Of a stretch of DNA of 63,959 nucleotides, positions 16,026 through 26,702 are shown piece by piece. Within the stretch, counting starts at the first letter, position 1; each line of letters opens with the position of its first letter. The translations under genes were made by a program, and so were the position numbers. Source of the stretch: Melioribacteraceae bacterium (GTDB lineage Bacteria; Bacteroidota; Ignavibacteria; Ignavibacteriales; Melioribacteraceae); contig JANQLA010000087.1 in assembly GCA_028280855.1 (NCBI GenBank), positions 1 through 63,959 on the forward strand, read 5' to 3'. The notes beneath the pieces were generated by a model. That model saw nothing but the letters and a program-made list of their open reading frames with translations, searched no databases and had not been told where the DNA came from.

Positions 16026-18653
16026 ATGATCAATCTTGAAAAAGAAATAAACAAATGGAAAAAATCGCTTCGCAAACATACATCATTGGAAGAAGGAAAC
16101 ATTAAAGAACTCGAAGCTCATTTAAGAGATGCTTATGAAATTGAAATTAGAAAAGGTAAATCAAGCGTTGAAGCATTCCGGGACGCGAAAGATGCTTTAG
16201 GTGAATGCGGGAGTATTAATAATGAATATAGGAAATCGCATGCTCATCGAACGGAAGGCTCAAAAGCAGGGCAGATGTTTGCCGCAGCCCTTTGGTTAAG
16301 TTACTTAAAAGTGGGCGTAAGAAACTTAACAAAGAACAAGAGTTATTCTTTGATAAACATTGGCGGATTAGCAATTGGAATTCTGGTGTGCGCTTTTATT
16401 GCTTTGTTCATTAACAATGAACTTAGTTACGATAATTTTCATAAAGACGGAAATCGAATATACAGAGTGGTAAAAGATTTCGGGGGAACACTACCGGATG
16501 CTACAACGCCGCCGGCTTTAGCTCCTGCATTGTATTCCGAAATTCCTGAGGTTGAGGAGTCTATAAGAATAATGCCCGAATGGGACGCTAAAATTTTGTT
16601 GAGATATGGTGACGCAAGTTTTTACGAAAGCAATTTTTTACTGGCGGACTCAAATTTCTTTTCAATGTTTACTGTAAATCCTGTTGCAGGCGATTTGGAA
16701 TCAGCCTTGATCGATAAAAACTCTATTGTAATTACAGAGTCACTTGCTAAAAAGTATTTTGGAGACTACAATCCTATCGGAAGTGTTATAAATGCTGAAC
16801 GATCAGGAAGGAAAAAGGACTTAACAGTTACTGCTGTTGTAGAGGACTACCCGGAAAACGCGCACTTTGATTTCGATTTTATTATTCACTCATATGATAA
16901 TATTGATGAACATTGGGGATGGTACAATTTTTATACTTATATAAAGCTTAAGCCCAATATTAATATTGCAAATGTTGATCCAAAAATTCAGGAGTTATAT
17001 GAAAAAAATTGGGAGGGCGGCACCAACGTTTTTTATTCGCAGCCTATTTCCGATATCCATCTTCATTCAAACCTTAAATGGGAACTCGGAACAAACGGAA
17101 GCATCAACCAGGTAAACACATTTGCAATTATCGCCATCTTTGTTCTCATCATAGCAGCTATTAATTATATAAATTTGGCAACTGCAAGGTCTGCACTTCG
17201 TGCAAAAGAAGTGGGCATTCGTAAAGTTAGCGGCGCGTTTCGATTTTCACTTATAAAACAATTTTTGATTGAATCGGTTATCACTTCTGTTTTAGCGTTT
17301 ATTATAGCTGTAGGCGTGTTGTATTTTTTGTTGCCGACTTTAAATGAACTATTCAATTCCAACCTTATTTTATTTAATTCAAGTACAACATCGTTATTGA
17401 TAGCTCTTGCAATTGCTACGATTCTTGTCGGGATAATATCGGGCATCTACCCGGCCTTATATCTTTCAAAATTTCAGCCCGTAGTAGTGTTAAAAGATTT
17501 AAAAAATCTTAAAGGCGGTTTGCTTTGGCTGCGAAAGGGATTGATTGTAACACAATTCACGGTTTCAGCAATTTTAATTATCGGAACACTTGCAATACGG
17601 GATCAATTAAACTTCATCCGGGAATTCGATTGGGGAATAGAAAAAAATCACACGCTTGTTTTGCGTAACACCGATAGCTTCGAAAACCGGGACGCACTTA
17701 GAAACGAATTACTGAAATTTTCTTCTATAACGGAGGTGGGAAATGCATCTACAGTTATTGGCGAGTTGAACTGGACAAGAGGTATAAGAGAAAAAGGAAA
17801 GCCAGGTGAAGAAGATGTGTTAACTAACTTTTTAATTGTAGATGAAAACCTGCTAAATGTGCTTAACTTAAAAATGATTGAGGGCAGGAAGTTCTCCGAA
17901 AAATATCCTTCAGATCTGGAGGATGGAATAATCCTTTCGCGCAAGGCAATTAAAGAATTAGAAATAACTGAACCTGCTGTTGGAAAGCAAGTCGTTTGGG
18001 CGACACGCAACGATACGTTGATTTACCGAACAATAGTGGGAGTAACCAGCGACTTTTATTTCAGCTCTTTGCGAGAAGAAATTAAACCTTTTGCATTCGT
18101 ACCAAGCAAGTACAATTTAGCAACAACATACGTAAAACTAGCCGAAGACAATTACAGCGAAACCATTGAATACATAAGTGAAGTATGGAAGAAAATTTTA
18201 CCAAACAGACCAATGGAGTATTCTTTCCTGGATGACACCTTCGCGCAAATGCATAAACAAGATGCAAAGTTCAGTAAAATAATCGGAGTAATGACTTCAC
18301 TCGCTATCGTTATTGCACTGATGGGATTATTCGCTTTGACCGCTTATACGGTTGAGCGTAAAACTAAAGAAATAGGAATAAGGAAAGTGCTGGGAGCGTC
18401 GGTAAAATCAGTCGTTGTAATGATATCTGCCGATTTATTAAAATTGGTGGTTATCTCAATCATAGTCGCAATTCCAACAACCTGGCTGTTGATTGACAGA
18501 TGGTTGGAGGAATTTGCTTATAAAACTGAGTTAACAATTTGGACGTTTATTTTGGGGTCGATATTAACAATAACGATTTCAATAATAACTATAAGTTACA
18601 AATCAATAAAAGCCGCAACGGCAAACCCGACTAACTCATTGAAATATGAATAG
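16026..18653 (+). CDS. Headed duplicated FtsX/MacB-type permease, array unit 3
   Basis: Start set at MINLEKEINKWKKSLRKHTSLEEGNIKELEAHLRD (ATG 16026) by alignment with the paralogs. Motifs AKEVGIRKVSGA and TKEIGIRKVLGA. Confidence 0.88.
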   Translation: MINLEKEINKWKKSLRKHTSLEEGNIKELEAHLRDAYEIEIRKGKSSVEAFRDAKDALGECGSINNEYRKSHAHRTEGSKAGQMFAAALWLSYLKVGVRNLTKNKSYSLINIGGLAIGILVCAFIALFINNELSYDNFHKDGNRIYRVVKDFGGTLPDATTPPALAPALYSEIPEVEESIRIMPEWDAKILLRYGDASFYESNFLLADSNFFSMFTVNPVAGDLESALIDKNSIVITESLAKKYFGDYNPIGSVINAERSGRKKDLTVTAVVEDYPENAHFDFDFIIHSYDNIDEHWGWYNFYTYIKLKPNINIANVDPKIQELYEKNWEGGTNVFYSQPISDIHLHSNLKWELGTNGSINQVNTFAIIAIFVLIIAAINYINLATARSALRAKEVGIRKVSGAFRFSLIKQFLIESVITSVLAFIIAVGVLYFLLPTLNELFNSNLILFNSSTTSLLIALAIATILVGIISGIYPALYLSKFQPVVVLKDLKNLKGGLLWLRKGLIVTQFTVSAILIIGTLAIRDQLNFIREFDWGIEKNHTLVLRNTDSFENRDALRNELLKFSSITEVGNASTVIGELNWTRGIREKGKPGEEDVLTNFLIVDENLLNVLNLKMIEGRKFSEKYPSDLEDGIILSRKAIKELEITEPAVGKQVVWATRNDTLIYRTIVGVTSDFYFSSLREEIKPFAFVPSKYNLATTYVKLAEDNYSETIEYISEVWKKILPNRPMEYSFLDDTFAQMHKQDAKFSKIIGVMTSLAIVIALMGLFALTAYTVERKTKEIGIRKVLGASVKSVVVMISADLLKLVVISIIVAIPTTWLLIDRWLEEFAYKTELTIWTFILGSILTITISIITISYKSIKAATANPTNSLKYE

Positions 18654-18661
18654 GTAATGAT

Positions 18662-21322
18662 ATGTTTAACCTCGAAAGAGAAATCGGTAAATGGAAAAAA
18701 TCGCTTCGCAAAAATCCTTCGCTCGAAGACGGCTACATTGAAGAAATTGAACAGCATCTTCGAGATAGTATTGAAGCAAATCTTAACATGGGAATTGAAG
18801 AAAAGGCGGCATTCAAAGAAGCGGTAAAAATTGTAGGCGAGGGAACGCAGCTAAGTTCGGAGTATTACAAATCCGTTACGACTAATAAATTCAGTGCTCG
18901 ACCTTCGTGGCAAGCGCCGTGGTGGATGCCGGTTATGCTATGGAATTATCTTAAAGTCGCGCTCCGGAATTTTAACCGTTATAAAGGATATTCATTTATA
19001 AATATTGCCGGTTTGGGGATTGGCATAACATGTAGCGTACTTGTTTTAATTTATGTTTTACATTTATTGAGTTTCGATGCTTATCATACTGATGTTGATA
19101 GATTATACCGTGTTGGACTTAACATAAAAACAAATTTAGGAACGACGGGATATGCATTAAGCGTTCCGCCACTTGCTTCAAAGCTGAAATCCGATTTTCC
19201 GCAAGTTGAAGAAACTGCAAGAATATTTTACTTCAATAACAAGCGGGCAATAAAAAATAAAGACGACTTATTTTATGAGGATGGCTTTGTTTATGCTGAT
19301 AATGAGATTTTTAATGTGTTAACAATTCCTTTTATTGCCGGTGATCCCCAAAATGCTCTTGTTAATCCTTTTTCACTGGTTATACCGGAAAGGATTTCTA
19401 ATAAACTATTTGGAGAGGAGAGTGCCTTACATAAAACAATAAATCTTGACGGCTTTGATTATAAAGTAACAGGTGTAATTAAAGATCCTCCCAGTAATAC
19501 ACACTTACCTTTTGACCTCTTTATTTCAATGCATGACTTAAGAAATCCGCCATGGATGCAGGATTGGACATGGCCGGGGATGTTCACTTATGTAAAGCTG
19601 AAGCCGAATGTTAATGTTGCTGATTTTGAAAAATCAATAATTAATTTAATTGAGGCGAGCATTAATTCTAAATCAAGTATAACTGATAAAAAACACGAGT
19701 TGTTTTTGCAGCCGGTACGAGAAATTTATTTAAGCACTCCTTTGGAATATGAAGCGAATCCCGGAAATCCAGCATTAGTAGGGCTATTGATTACTGTTGG
19801 TGCTTTTATTCTTTTGATAGCATGTTTTAATTATATAAATCTTGTTACTGCAAGGATGATAAAGAGATCAAAAGAAGTCGGAATGAGAAAAGTTTTAGGA
19901 GCAAAAAGGACACAGCTTTTCTGGCAATTTTTAAATGAGTCGTTTTTTATGACGTCCTTCGCATTTTTTATCGGATTACTTATTCTATACATGTTATTTC
20001 CTTTCTTTCAAGAACTAACAGGAGTAAACATTGAACCATCCACTTTATTTGGATGGAAATATATAGCTTGGTTAATCTTACTGTTGTTAACAATTACGAT
20101 TATCTCCGGGTTTTATCCTTCATTTACTCTTTCTTCTTATTCACCAACAAAAGCGCTAAAAAATAATCCAAAGTTTGGATTCAAAGGAAATTCTCTTAGA
20201 AGGGTTTTGGTTATTAGTCAATTTGTAATGTCGATTATTTTAATCTTTTGCACTATAGTTATGTCTGATCAATTCGGTTTTATGAAGAATAAAAATCTTG
20301 GTTTTAACAATGAACGGAAGCTCATACTTAATGTTTACGAGATGAGCTCATTAACAACAAATTCAGAATCCATAAAAGGAAAGCTTTTAGAAATTCCTTC
20401 TATCAAGGAAGTCGCGGTTTTATCAAATGTTCCGGGAAAGGGAATCGGGAGTTTAACCACAAAGGGAACCGGGGAAAATGCTTCAAAAGAACATATGATG
20501 TACTATAACTTTGTCGACTATCAATTCATTGACAGCTATCGAATCGGATTAGTAGAAGGAAGGAATTTTATTGCAAATAGTATGAAAGATATACTGGAAT
20601 CGTGTTTAATAAATGAATCGGCTGCAAATACATTTGGATGGACGCCTCAAAAAGCAATCGGAAAAAAAATAATTACTGGTCTAAGAGGAACAACAAAGGA
20701 AATAATTGGTGTTGTAGACAACTTTCATTACAGAGGAGTGCAATATAAAATTGAACCACTTGTAATAGAATATGATCCAACAATGTTCACAACCATAAGT
20801 GTAACATTAACTAATGACGATATACCTAATTCAATTGAAAATATTAAAAAAACGTGGTCATCAATATTTCCGAACAAACCCTTTGAATATTTCTTTTTAG
20901 ATGAATTATGGAACGAGCTTTATGAAACGGAAGAAAACACAAAAAGGATATTAAACATTTTTACAAGTTTGTCAATAGTAATTGCGGCAATTGGATTATT
21001 TGGGCTTGTAGCATTCATTGCCGAAAACAGGAAAAAAGAAATTGGACTAAGAAAAGTAATGGGATGTTCGACAAAAGGCGTAATGATGCTGATGGTTTGG
21101 CAATTTATTAAATGGATTATTATATCAAATGTTATTGCAATTCCAACAGCTTATTATTTTATGAATAAATGGCTCCAAGACTTTCCTTCTAGAATTAATA
21201 TTGAACCCTGGATAATAGCTGCGACTTTCACTATTTCAGTACTTGTTGCTGCGATTACTGTCCTGTATCAATCTATAAGAGCAGCATTAGGAAATCCTAT
21301 TGAGGCGCTGAAATATGAATAA
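18662..21322 (+). CDS. Headed duplicated FtsX/MacB-type permease, array unit 4
   Basis: Head MFNLEREIGKWKKSLRKNPSLEDGYIEEIEQHLRD. Motifs SKEVGMRKVLGA and KKEIGLRKVMGC. 8-nt junction. Confidence 0.9.
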   Translation: MFNLEREIGKWKKSLRKNPSLEDGYIEEIEQHLRDSIEANLNMGIEEKAAFKEAVKIVGEGTQLSSEYYKSVTTNKFSARPSWQAPWWMPVMLWNYLKVALRNFNRYKGYSFINIAGLGIGITCSVLVLIYVLHLLSFDAYHTDVDRLYRVGLNIKTNLGTTGYALSVPPLASKLKSDFPQVEETARIFYFNNKRAIKNKDDLFYEDGFVYADNEIFNVLTIPFIAGDPQNALVNPFSLVIPERISNKLFGEESALHKTINLDGFDYKVTGVIKDPPSNTHLPFDLFISMHDLRNPPWMQDWTWPGMFTYVKLKPNVNVADFEKSIINLIEASINSKSSITDKKHELFLQPVREIYLSTPLEYEANPGNPALVGLLITVGAFILLIACFNYINLVTARMIKRSKEVGMRKVLGAKRTQLFWQFLNESFFMTSFAFFIGLLILYMLFPFFQELTGVNIEPSTLFGWKYIAWLILLLLTITIISGFYPSFTLSSYSPTKALKNNPKFGFKGNSLRRVLVISQFVMSIILIFCTIVMSDQFGFMKNKNLGFNNERKLILNVYEMSSLTTNSESIKGKLLEIPSIKEVAVLSNVPGKGIGSLTTKGTGENASKEHMMYYNFVDYQFIDSYRIGLVEGRNFIANSMKDILESCLINESAANTFGWTPQKAIGKKIITGLRGTTKEIIGVVDNFHYRGVQYKIEPLVIEYDPTMFTTISVTLTNDDIPNSIENIKKTWSSIFPNKPFEYFFLDELWNELYETEENTKRILNIFTSLSIVIAAIGLFGLVAFIAENRKKEIGLRKVMGCSTKGVMMLMVWQFIKWIIISNVIAIPTAYYFMNKWLQDFPSRINIEPWIIAATFTISVLVAAITVLYQSIRAALGNPIEALKYE

Positions 21323-21332
21323 AGGAGGAATA

Positions 21333-23987
21333 ATGTTCAACTTAGAAAAGGCAATTAAAAAATGGCGTAAGTGTCTAAGAAAGAATCAGACACTTGAAGA
21401 CGGCTACATTGAAGAAATTGAACAGCACCTTCGAGATAGTATTGAATCAAATCTTAACATGGGAATGGAAGAAGAAGCGGCATTCGAAAAAGCGGTAGAA
21501 ATTGTAGGCGAGGGAACGCAGCTAAGTTCGGAGTATTACAAATCCGTTACGACTAATAAATTCAGCGCTCGACCATCGTGGCAAGCGCCGTGGTGGATGC
21601 CGGTATTAATTTGGAATTATCTTAAAGTCGCGCTCCGGAATTTTAACCGTTACAAAGGATATTCATTTATAAATGTTGCCGGGTTAGCCTTGAGCGTTAC
21701 GGTCTTAGTGTATATTTTTCTCTGGATAAGTAATGAGTTGTCATATGACAAATTTCATTCGAAATCCGAAAATATTTACAGGGCTGTTTGGGAAGCTAAG
21801 TACGGAAATAATGAATGGGCGATTCCACTTGTGAGCCCACCCTTGGAACGAACACTAAAAAACAAATTCCCTGAAGTTGAATCCGCTGTCAGCTTGATGA
21901 AAGGAAGTAAAATATTTCAATTGAAAGACGAATATGTTGAAGAGAAGAAAGTCCTATACACAACAGAATCTTTTTTCGAAATATTTGATGTTAACTTTAT
22001 CCACGGGAGTCCGGGAAATTTATTGAACGACCCAAGCTCTGTAGTGATTACGGAGGAATTTGCAAAAAGATTTTTCGGTGATAAAAATGCGACGGGCAGA
22101 ACACTAAAAACTAATAGCGGGGAATTATTAAAAGTAAAAGCGGTAGTCGAAAGCTTTCCTCAACAATCTCATTTCAAGTTCAACATTTTAGCATCTTTAA
22201 ACAGTTTATCATACTATAAAAGCAGGGAAAATAGATGGGGATTTGCAACCGTATACACATATGCTCTTCTTAATGAAGGGATCGAAATAAAAAGTCTGCA
22301 GGAAAGCCTTAACAGTTATATTCTAGATGAAATCTCTGGTGCTAACCTGAAGAATTCAGATAACTATGACAGGTACTACTTTCAAGCATTGGAAGATATT
22401 CATTTGCACTCCGGGCTTAGCTACGAGTTACAGACAAACGGAAATATTTTATATGTGTACATACTTACAACCGTGGCGGTTCTGATTTTATTACTGGCAA
22501 TAATTAATTTCGCAAACCTTGCGTCGGTTCGATCAATTGAAAGGTTAAATGAAATAGGTATCCGAAAAGTTTTGGGAGCTGAAAAGAAGCAGGTAATTAA
22601 TCAATTTCTTGCGGAAGCGTTTTTTCAAACTGTTGTTGCTGTTTTTATTGGCATTACAATTTTATTTCTTGCCGTACCGGCTATAAACAGCTTTACTAAA
22701 GCATCCATTTCCAGTGCGTCATTGATAAATTCTGATGTAATATTACTTATTATATCCTTATCTGTTTTTATTGCTCTATCAGCCGGCTCGTATCCTGCTT
22801 TTTATATTTCTAAATTTAACCCGGCCCGAATAATTAAGAAACAAATCAGTGCAAAGCCGCATCACGGTAATTTCCGTAAAATACTTGTCTCGGTACAATT
22901 TATTCTCTCTACATGTATTATTGCCGGTACACTTGTAGTAATAAGCCAGCTGGATTTTATCAAAAATAAAAACCTGGGATTTGATAAAGAGCATGTTCTG
23001 ATAGTGAAGAACCTTTCTTCAGTTCGAAGCCAGCTTAATACCTTTAAAAACGAAATTACATCGCAATCCGGTGTAGTTGATGCATCTGCTGTTCAAACGT
23101 TACCTTCTTACGAGTTCGACTCTACTATATTCGGGTTGGAACAGCCGGCAAATTATAAAGAATCTTCACTAACATATAATTTTATAGACGAAAAATTTGT
23201 CGATGTACTAAAGCTAAATGTTATTGAGGGAAGAAACTTCTCGAAAGAATTTAGTACAGACTCGCTTTCTTTTCTCATAAATGAATCGGCTGCAAAGGCG
23301 TTTGGATGGGATAACCCGATAGGCAAAAAATTAGGTTTTGGAAAATCGGTAGAATTAGACGGACCGGTAATAGGCGTAATTGAAGACTTTAATTTCCGGT
23401 CGCTTCATAAAAGTATTGAGCCCATAATATTTCCTTACCTCAGGTGGTCTCCTAATTATTTCGCTGTAAGACTTCAGCCGGGAAGTATGGCAGAACACAT
23501 TAGCAGGATTGAAGAAATTTGGAAAAAATATGTTCCCAATCGACCATTTGAATACACATTTCTCGATGAACAATTTGCCGGGTTATACCAAAGTGAAACA
23601 AATATGGCTAATGTACTAAGCGCCTTTGCGCTTATCTCAATATTTATCGCCTCAATAGGATTATACGGGTTATCATCAATTATTGTTAAACAGAGATACA
23701 AAGAAATTGCAGTAAGAAAGGTGATGGGTGCTACGGTTTCCAAGATATTTGTACTGGTATCAAAAGAATTTTTCATAATCGTATTCATATCAAGTCTGAT
23801 CTCGCTGCCCGTTTCATATTCCGTAATGTCGTCCTGGTTAAACAATTTCGCTTATAAAACAGAGCTGGGTTTAATGATTTTTATAGCATCGGTGCTTATA
23901 GTTTTAACAACCGCCTTGATATCCACGGGTTTGCAAGCAATTAAAGCAGCAATAGCTAACCCAGTAAACTCAATTAAATACGAATAG
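21333..23987 (+). CDS. Headed duplicated FtsX/MacB-type permease, array unit 5
   Basis: Start set at MFNLEKAIKKWRKCLRKNQTLEDGYIEEIEQHLRD (ATG 21333). Motifs LNEIGIRKVLGA and YKEIAVRKVMGA. The RBS aggagg lies just upstream. Confidence 0.88.
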   Translation: MFNLEKAIKKWRKCLRKNQTLEDGYIEEIEQHLRDSIESNLNMGMEEEAAFEKAVEIVGEGTQLSSEYYKSVTTNKFSARPSWQAPWWMPVLIWNYLKVALRNFNRYKGYSFINVAGLALSVTVLVYIFLWISNELSYDKFHSKSENIYRAVWEAKYGNNEWAIPLVSPPLERTLKNKFPEVESAVSLMKGSKIFQLKDEYVEEKKVLYTTESFFEIFDVNFIHGSPGNLLNDPSSVVITEEFAKRFFGDKNATGRTLKTNSGELLKVKAVVESFPQQSHFKFNILASLNSLSYYKSRENRWGFATVYTYALLNEGIEIKSLQESLNSYILDEISGANLKNSDNYDRYYFQALEDIHLHSGLSYELQTNGNILYVYILTTVAVLILLLAIINFANLASVRSIERLNEIGIRKVLGAEKKQVINQFLAEAFFQTVVAVFIGITILFLAVPAINSFTKASISSASLINSDVILLIISLSVFIALSAGSYPAFYISKFNPARIIKKQISAKPHHGNFRKILVSVQFILSTCIIAGTLVVISQLDFIKNKNLGFDKEHVLIVKNLSSVRSQLNTFKNEITSQSGVVDASAVQTLPSYEFDSTIFGLEQPANYKESSLTYNFIDEKFVDVLKLNVIEGRNFSKEFSTDSLSFLINESAAKAFGWDNPIGKKLGFGKSVELDGPVIGVIEDFNFRSLHKSIEPIIFPYLRWSPNYFAVRLQPGSMAEHISRIEEIWKKYVPNRPFEYTFLDEQFAGLYQSETNMANVLSAFALISIFIASIGLYGLSSIIVKQRYKEIAVRKVMGATVSKIFVLVSKEFFIIVFISSLISLPVSYSVMSSWLNNFAYKTELGLMIFIASVLIVLTTALISTGLQAIKAAIANPVNSIKYE

Positions 23988-23995
23988 GAAAAGAG

Positions 23996-26641
23996 ATGTT
24001 CAATCTTGAACGTGAGATAAATAACTGGAAAAAATCTCTTCGAAAACATCCTTCGCTCGAAGACGGGTATATTGAAGAACTTGAACAGCACCTTCGGGAT
24101 AGTATTGAAGCAAATGTTAACATAGGAATGGGTGAAGACACGGCATTCAATGAAGCGGTAAAAATAGTTGGTGAGGAAACACAACTAAGTTCTGAATATT
24201 ACAAATCAGATACGACTAATAAATTCAACGCTCGACCATCGTGGCAAGCGCCGGGATGGATGCCGATTTTACTTTGGAATTATTTAAAAGTCGCACTCCG
24301 GAATTTTAATCACTACAAAGGTTATTCTTTAATTAACATTTCAGGATTAGCTGTTGGTTTTACGTGCTTATTAATCATTGGGATGTTGGTTCATTTCGAG
24401 CTGAGTTATGATAAGTTTCATACAAATGCTGAAAATATATATAGAGTTTACACGGAAGCTAATCGTCCTTCGGGCTTATTTACGATGGCGCCTGTCCCGT
24501 TTCCGATGGGACCGGCAATCGAGAATGAAGTGCCGGAAATTAAAAGAGCCGTTCGAATTTCAGAAAAGGATTATTTGTTTTCAAACGGTGATAATCAGTT
24601 CTATGAGAGTGTAGAGTTCGTAGACAAGAATTTTCTCGATGTGTTTTCTTTTAATTTAATTAAAGGATTCGCAAATGAACAAATACTTTCCGAGCCTAAC
24701 TCGGTAGTAATTTCGGAAAAAGTATCGGAGAAGTACTTCGGGGACGAGGATCCAATAGGGAAAACTTTCCTGGTTGATAATAAACACAATTTTAAAGTGA
24801 CGGGTGTTGTAGAAAACAAACCGGGAAATTCTTCTATTCCTTATAATATACTTGGTTCGATAAATACGCTCGAAAACCTTGGCTATAAAAGAATTAATAA
24901 TTGGAACAGCTACGGCAATGATTATTTGTTTTTGTTGCTGAATGAAAGCGCTAAAATAAAAGAAACAGAACACAAGATTAACACGGTTATGGATAAATAC
25001 CTTGGTGATTCCAAGGATCGATTTCATTATCGTTTGCAGCCGATAAAAGAAATCCACTTCTCAAATTTTAATTACGATTTAGCGCGCACCATTCCTCCGG
25101 CGATGATTTATGTTCTGGGTATAATAGGTTTTTTTATCATTTTAATTGCCTGCTTTAATTTTATTAACCTATCAACAGCGCGGGCGGCCCATAGGAGCAG
25201 GGAGATCGGTATTCGAAAAGTAGTAGGCGCTAATAGAATTCAACTTATTAAACAGTTTCTCGGGGAAGCGTTTTTAACAACTTTAATTGCTTTTCTTTTT
25301 GCAATCGCAATGGCAAGGTTTTTCATCCCTGAAATTAATTCTCTTCTCAGAACCGGCTTGTCCCTTAAAGTCTTTGGTGAGCCTGTTTTCATTGGTTTGG
25401 CAGCTTTAATATTATTATTGACTGCTTTGTTGGCTGGAGGTTATCCGGCGCTCGTGTTATCTAATTATAAACCTGCAGGCGTATTAAAAAATTTATCGGT
25501 TGGACGTAAGAAGGGTTATTCATTAAGAGCAGCATTGGTAACGGCACAGTTCGCAATAGCTGTATTTCTTATTACCGGTACATTAACAGTCTATTCCCAA
25601 ATAGATTTCGTGATTAACAAAGATTTAGGATTCATTAAGGACAGGTCGTATGTATTACGATTTTATGACAAGAAAATTACTGAAAAAGGCAGCGTGCTTA
25701 AAAATTCGATTTTGCAAATACCCGATGTTGTAAAGGCAACATTTTCGAGTGGAACACCGGCTAGTAATACTACGGATAGAAGTAACTTTAATCCTGTAGG
25801 AGGCACAAAGGCCGACGAGCAACATTTGCAAATACTGGAAGTAGATTATGATTTCTTCGACACGTATGGGTTTGAAGTTATAGAGGGGAGAAAGTTTTCA
25901 AAAGAGTATATATCGGACTCTGTGAATATTCTCCTTAATGAAACAGCAGCGAAAAAATTTGGTTGGGAAAGTGTGCTCGGGAAGTTTATTACACCCGGTG
26001 ATAGTGATACGAAACTCAAAATAATTGGAAAAGTAAATGATTTCCATTATTCATCACTTAGAGAAAATATTTGGCCGATAATGTTGCGGTTAAACAACAA
26101 CGGAAACCGGTTTTTAACAATTCAATTAAGCGGTAACAATACTGCTGAAACCGTGCAAAAAATAAAGGACGTATATTCAGCATTCTCTCCGAATTACCCG
26201 GTCGACAGTTTTTTTATTAATGAAAGTTTCGAACGCTACTATAGGGTTGAGTCGGTAATGGGTAAAATGCTTACTGCATTTACGATGATTACAATCTTTA
26301 TAAGCTGTATAGGAATATTGGGATTAGCTTCATTTACAGTTGAGAGGAAGTCTAAAGAAATAGGTATTCGCAAAGTAATTGGCGTGTCTGTTACAGGAAT
26401 TATCCTGATGATAAGCAAAGAGTTCATTAAATGGATTTTAATTGCAAATGTAATTGTATTACCGCTTGCTTATTTAGCCATGAATTCCTGGCTGAATAAT
26501 TTCGCTTATCGCGTTGAGTTCAACTATGCAATATTCGGAATGACGTTCTGCATTTCACTAATAGTTACTGTTATAACGGTTGGATATCACTCTGCAAGAG
26601 CTGCATTTGCAAACCCTGTTGAGGCATTAAAATATGAATGA
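23996..26641 (+). CDS. Headed duplicated FtsX/MacB-type permease, array unit 6
   Basis: Head MFNLEREINNWKKSLRKHPSLEDGYIEELEQHLRD. Motifs SREIGIRKVVGA and SKEIGIRKVIGV. 8-nt junction. Confidence 0.9.
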   Translation: MFNLEREINNWKKSLRKHPSLEDGYIEELEQHLRDSIEANVNIGMGEDTAFNEAVKIVGEETQLSSEYYKSDTTNKFNARPSWQAPGWMPILLWNYLKVALRNFNHYKGYSLINISGLAVGFTCLLIIGMLVHFELSYDKFHTNAENIYRVYTEANRPSGLFTMAPVPFPMGPAIENEVPEIKRAVRISEKDYLFSNGDNQFYESVEFVDKNFLDVFSFNLIKGFANEQILSEPNSVVISEKVSEKYFGDEDPIGKTFLVDNKHNFKVTGVVENKPGNSSIPYNILGSINTLENLGYKRINNWNSYGNDYLFLLLNESAKIKETEHKINTVMDKYLGDSKDRFHYRLQPIKEIHFSNFNYDLARTIPPAMIYVLGIIGFFIILIACFNFINLSTARAAHRSREIGIRKVVGANRIQLIKQFLGEAFLTTLIAFLFAIAMARFFIPEINSLLRTGLSLKVFGEPVFIGLAALILLLTALLAGGYPALVLSNYKPAGVLKNLSVGRKKGYSLRAALVTAQFAIAVFLITGTLTVYSQIDFVINKDLGFIKDRSYVLRFYDKKITEKGSVLKNSILQIPDVVKATFSSGTPASNTTDRSNFNPVGGTKADEQHLQILEVDYDFFDTYGFEVIEGRKFSKEYISDSVNILLNETAAKKFGWESVLGKFITPGDSDTKLKIIGKVNDFHYSSLRENIWPIMLRLNNNGNRFLTIQLSGNNTAETVQKIKDVYSAFSPNYPVDSFFINESFERYYRVESVMGKMLTAFTMITIFISCIGILGLASFTVERKSKEIGIRKVIGVSVTGIILMISKEFIKWILIANVIVLPLAYLAMNSWLNNFAYRVEFNYAIFGMTFCISLIVTVITVGYHSARAAFANPVEALKYE

Positions 26642-26693
26642 TATTAAGACGCGATTCCGCTTTCGAAGGGTTGATTTGTTAAAGTATGAATGA
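26642..26693 (+). pseudogene. Ghost 3' tail of a permease unit inside the unit 6/7 spacer
   Basis: The 61-nt spacer ends with ttaaagtatgaatga (26679..26693). This is identical to the genuine last 15 nt (L K Y E stop) of unit 8 at 31938..31952. It is preceded by gattccgct, which resembles the aatcctgtt (N P V) of real tails. Confidence 0.5.
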
Positions 26694-26702
26694 GGCAAAG
26701 AT

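Noticed and set aside
10652-21332. Longer upstream starts offered by the ORF track for units 1, 3 and 5 (10652, 16002, 21315).
   Set aside because: They add non-conserved residues and overlap the preceding gene. Alignment with the invariant MFNLE head of the paralogs, plus RBS positions, supports 10703 (GTG), 16026 and 21333. The ATG in each extension is an automatic by-product of the preceding gene's ...tATGAAta(a/g) end.
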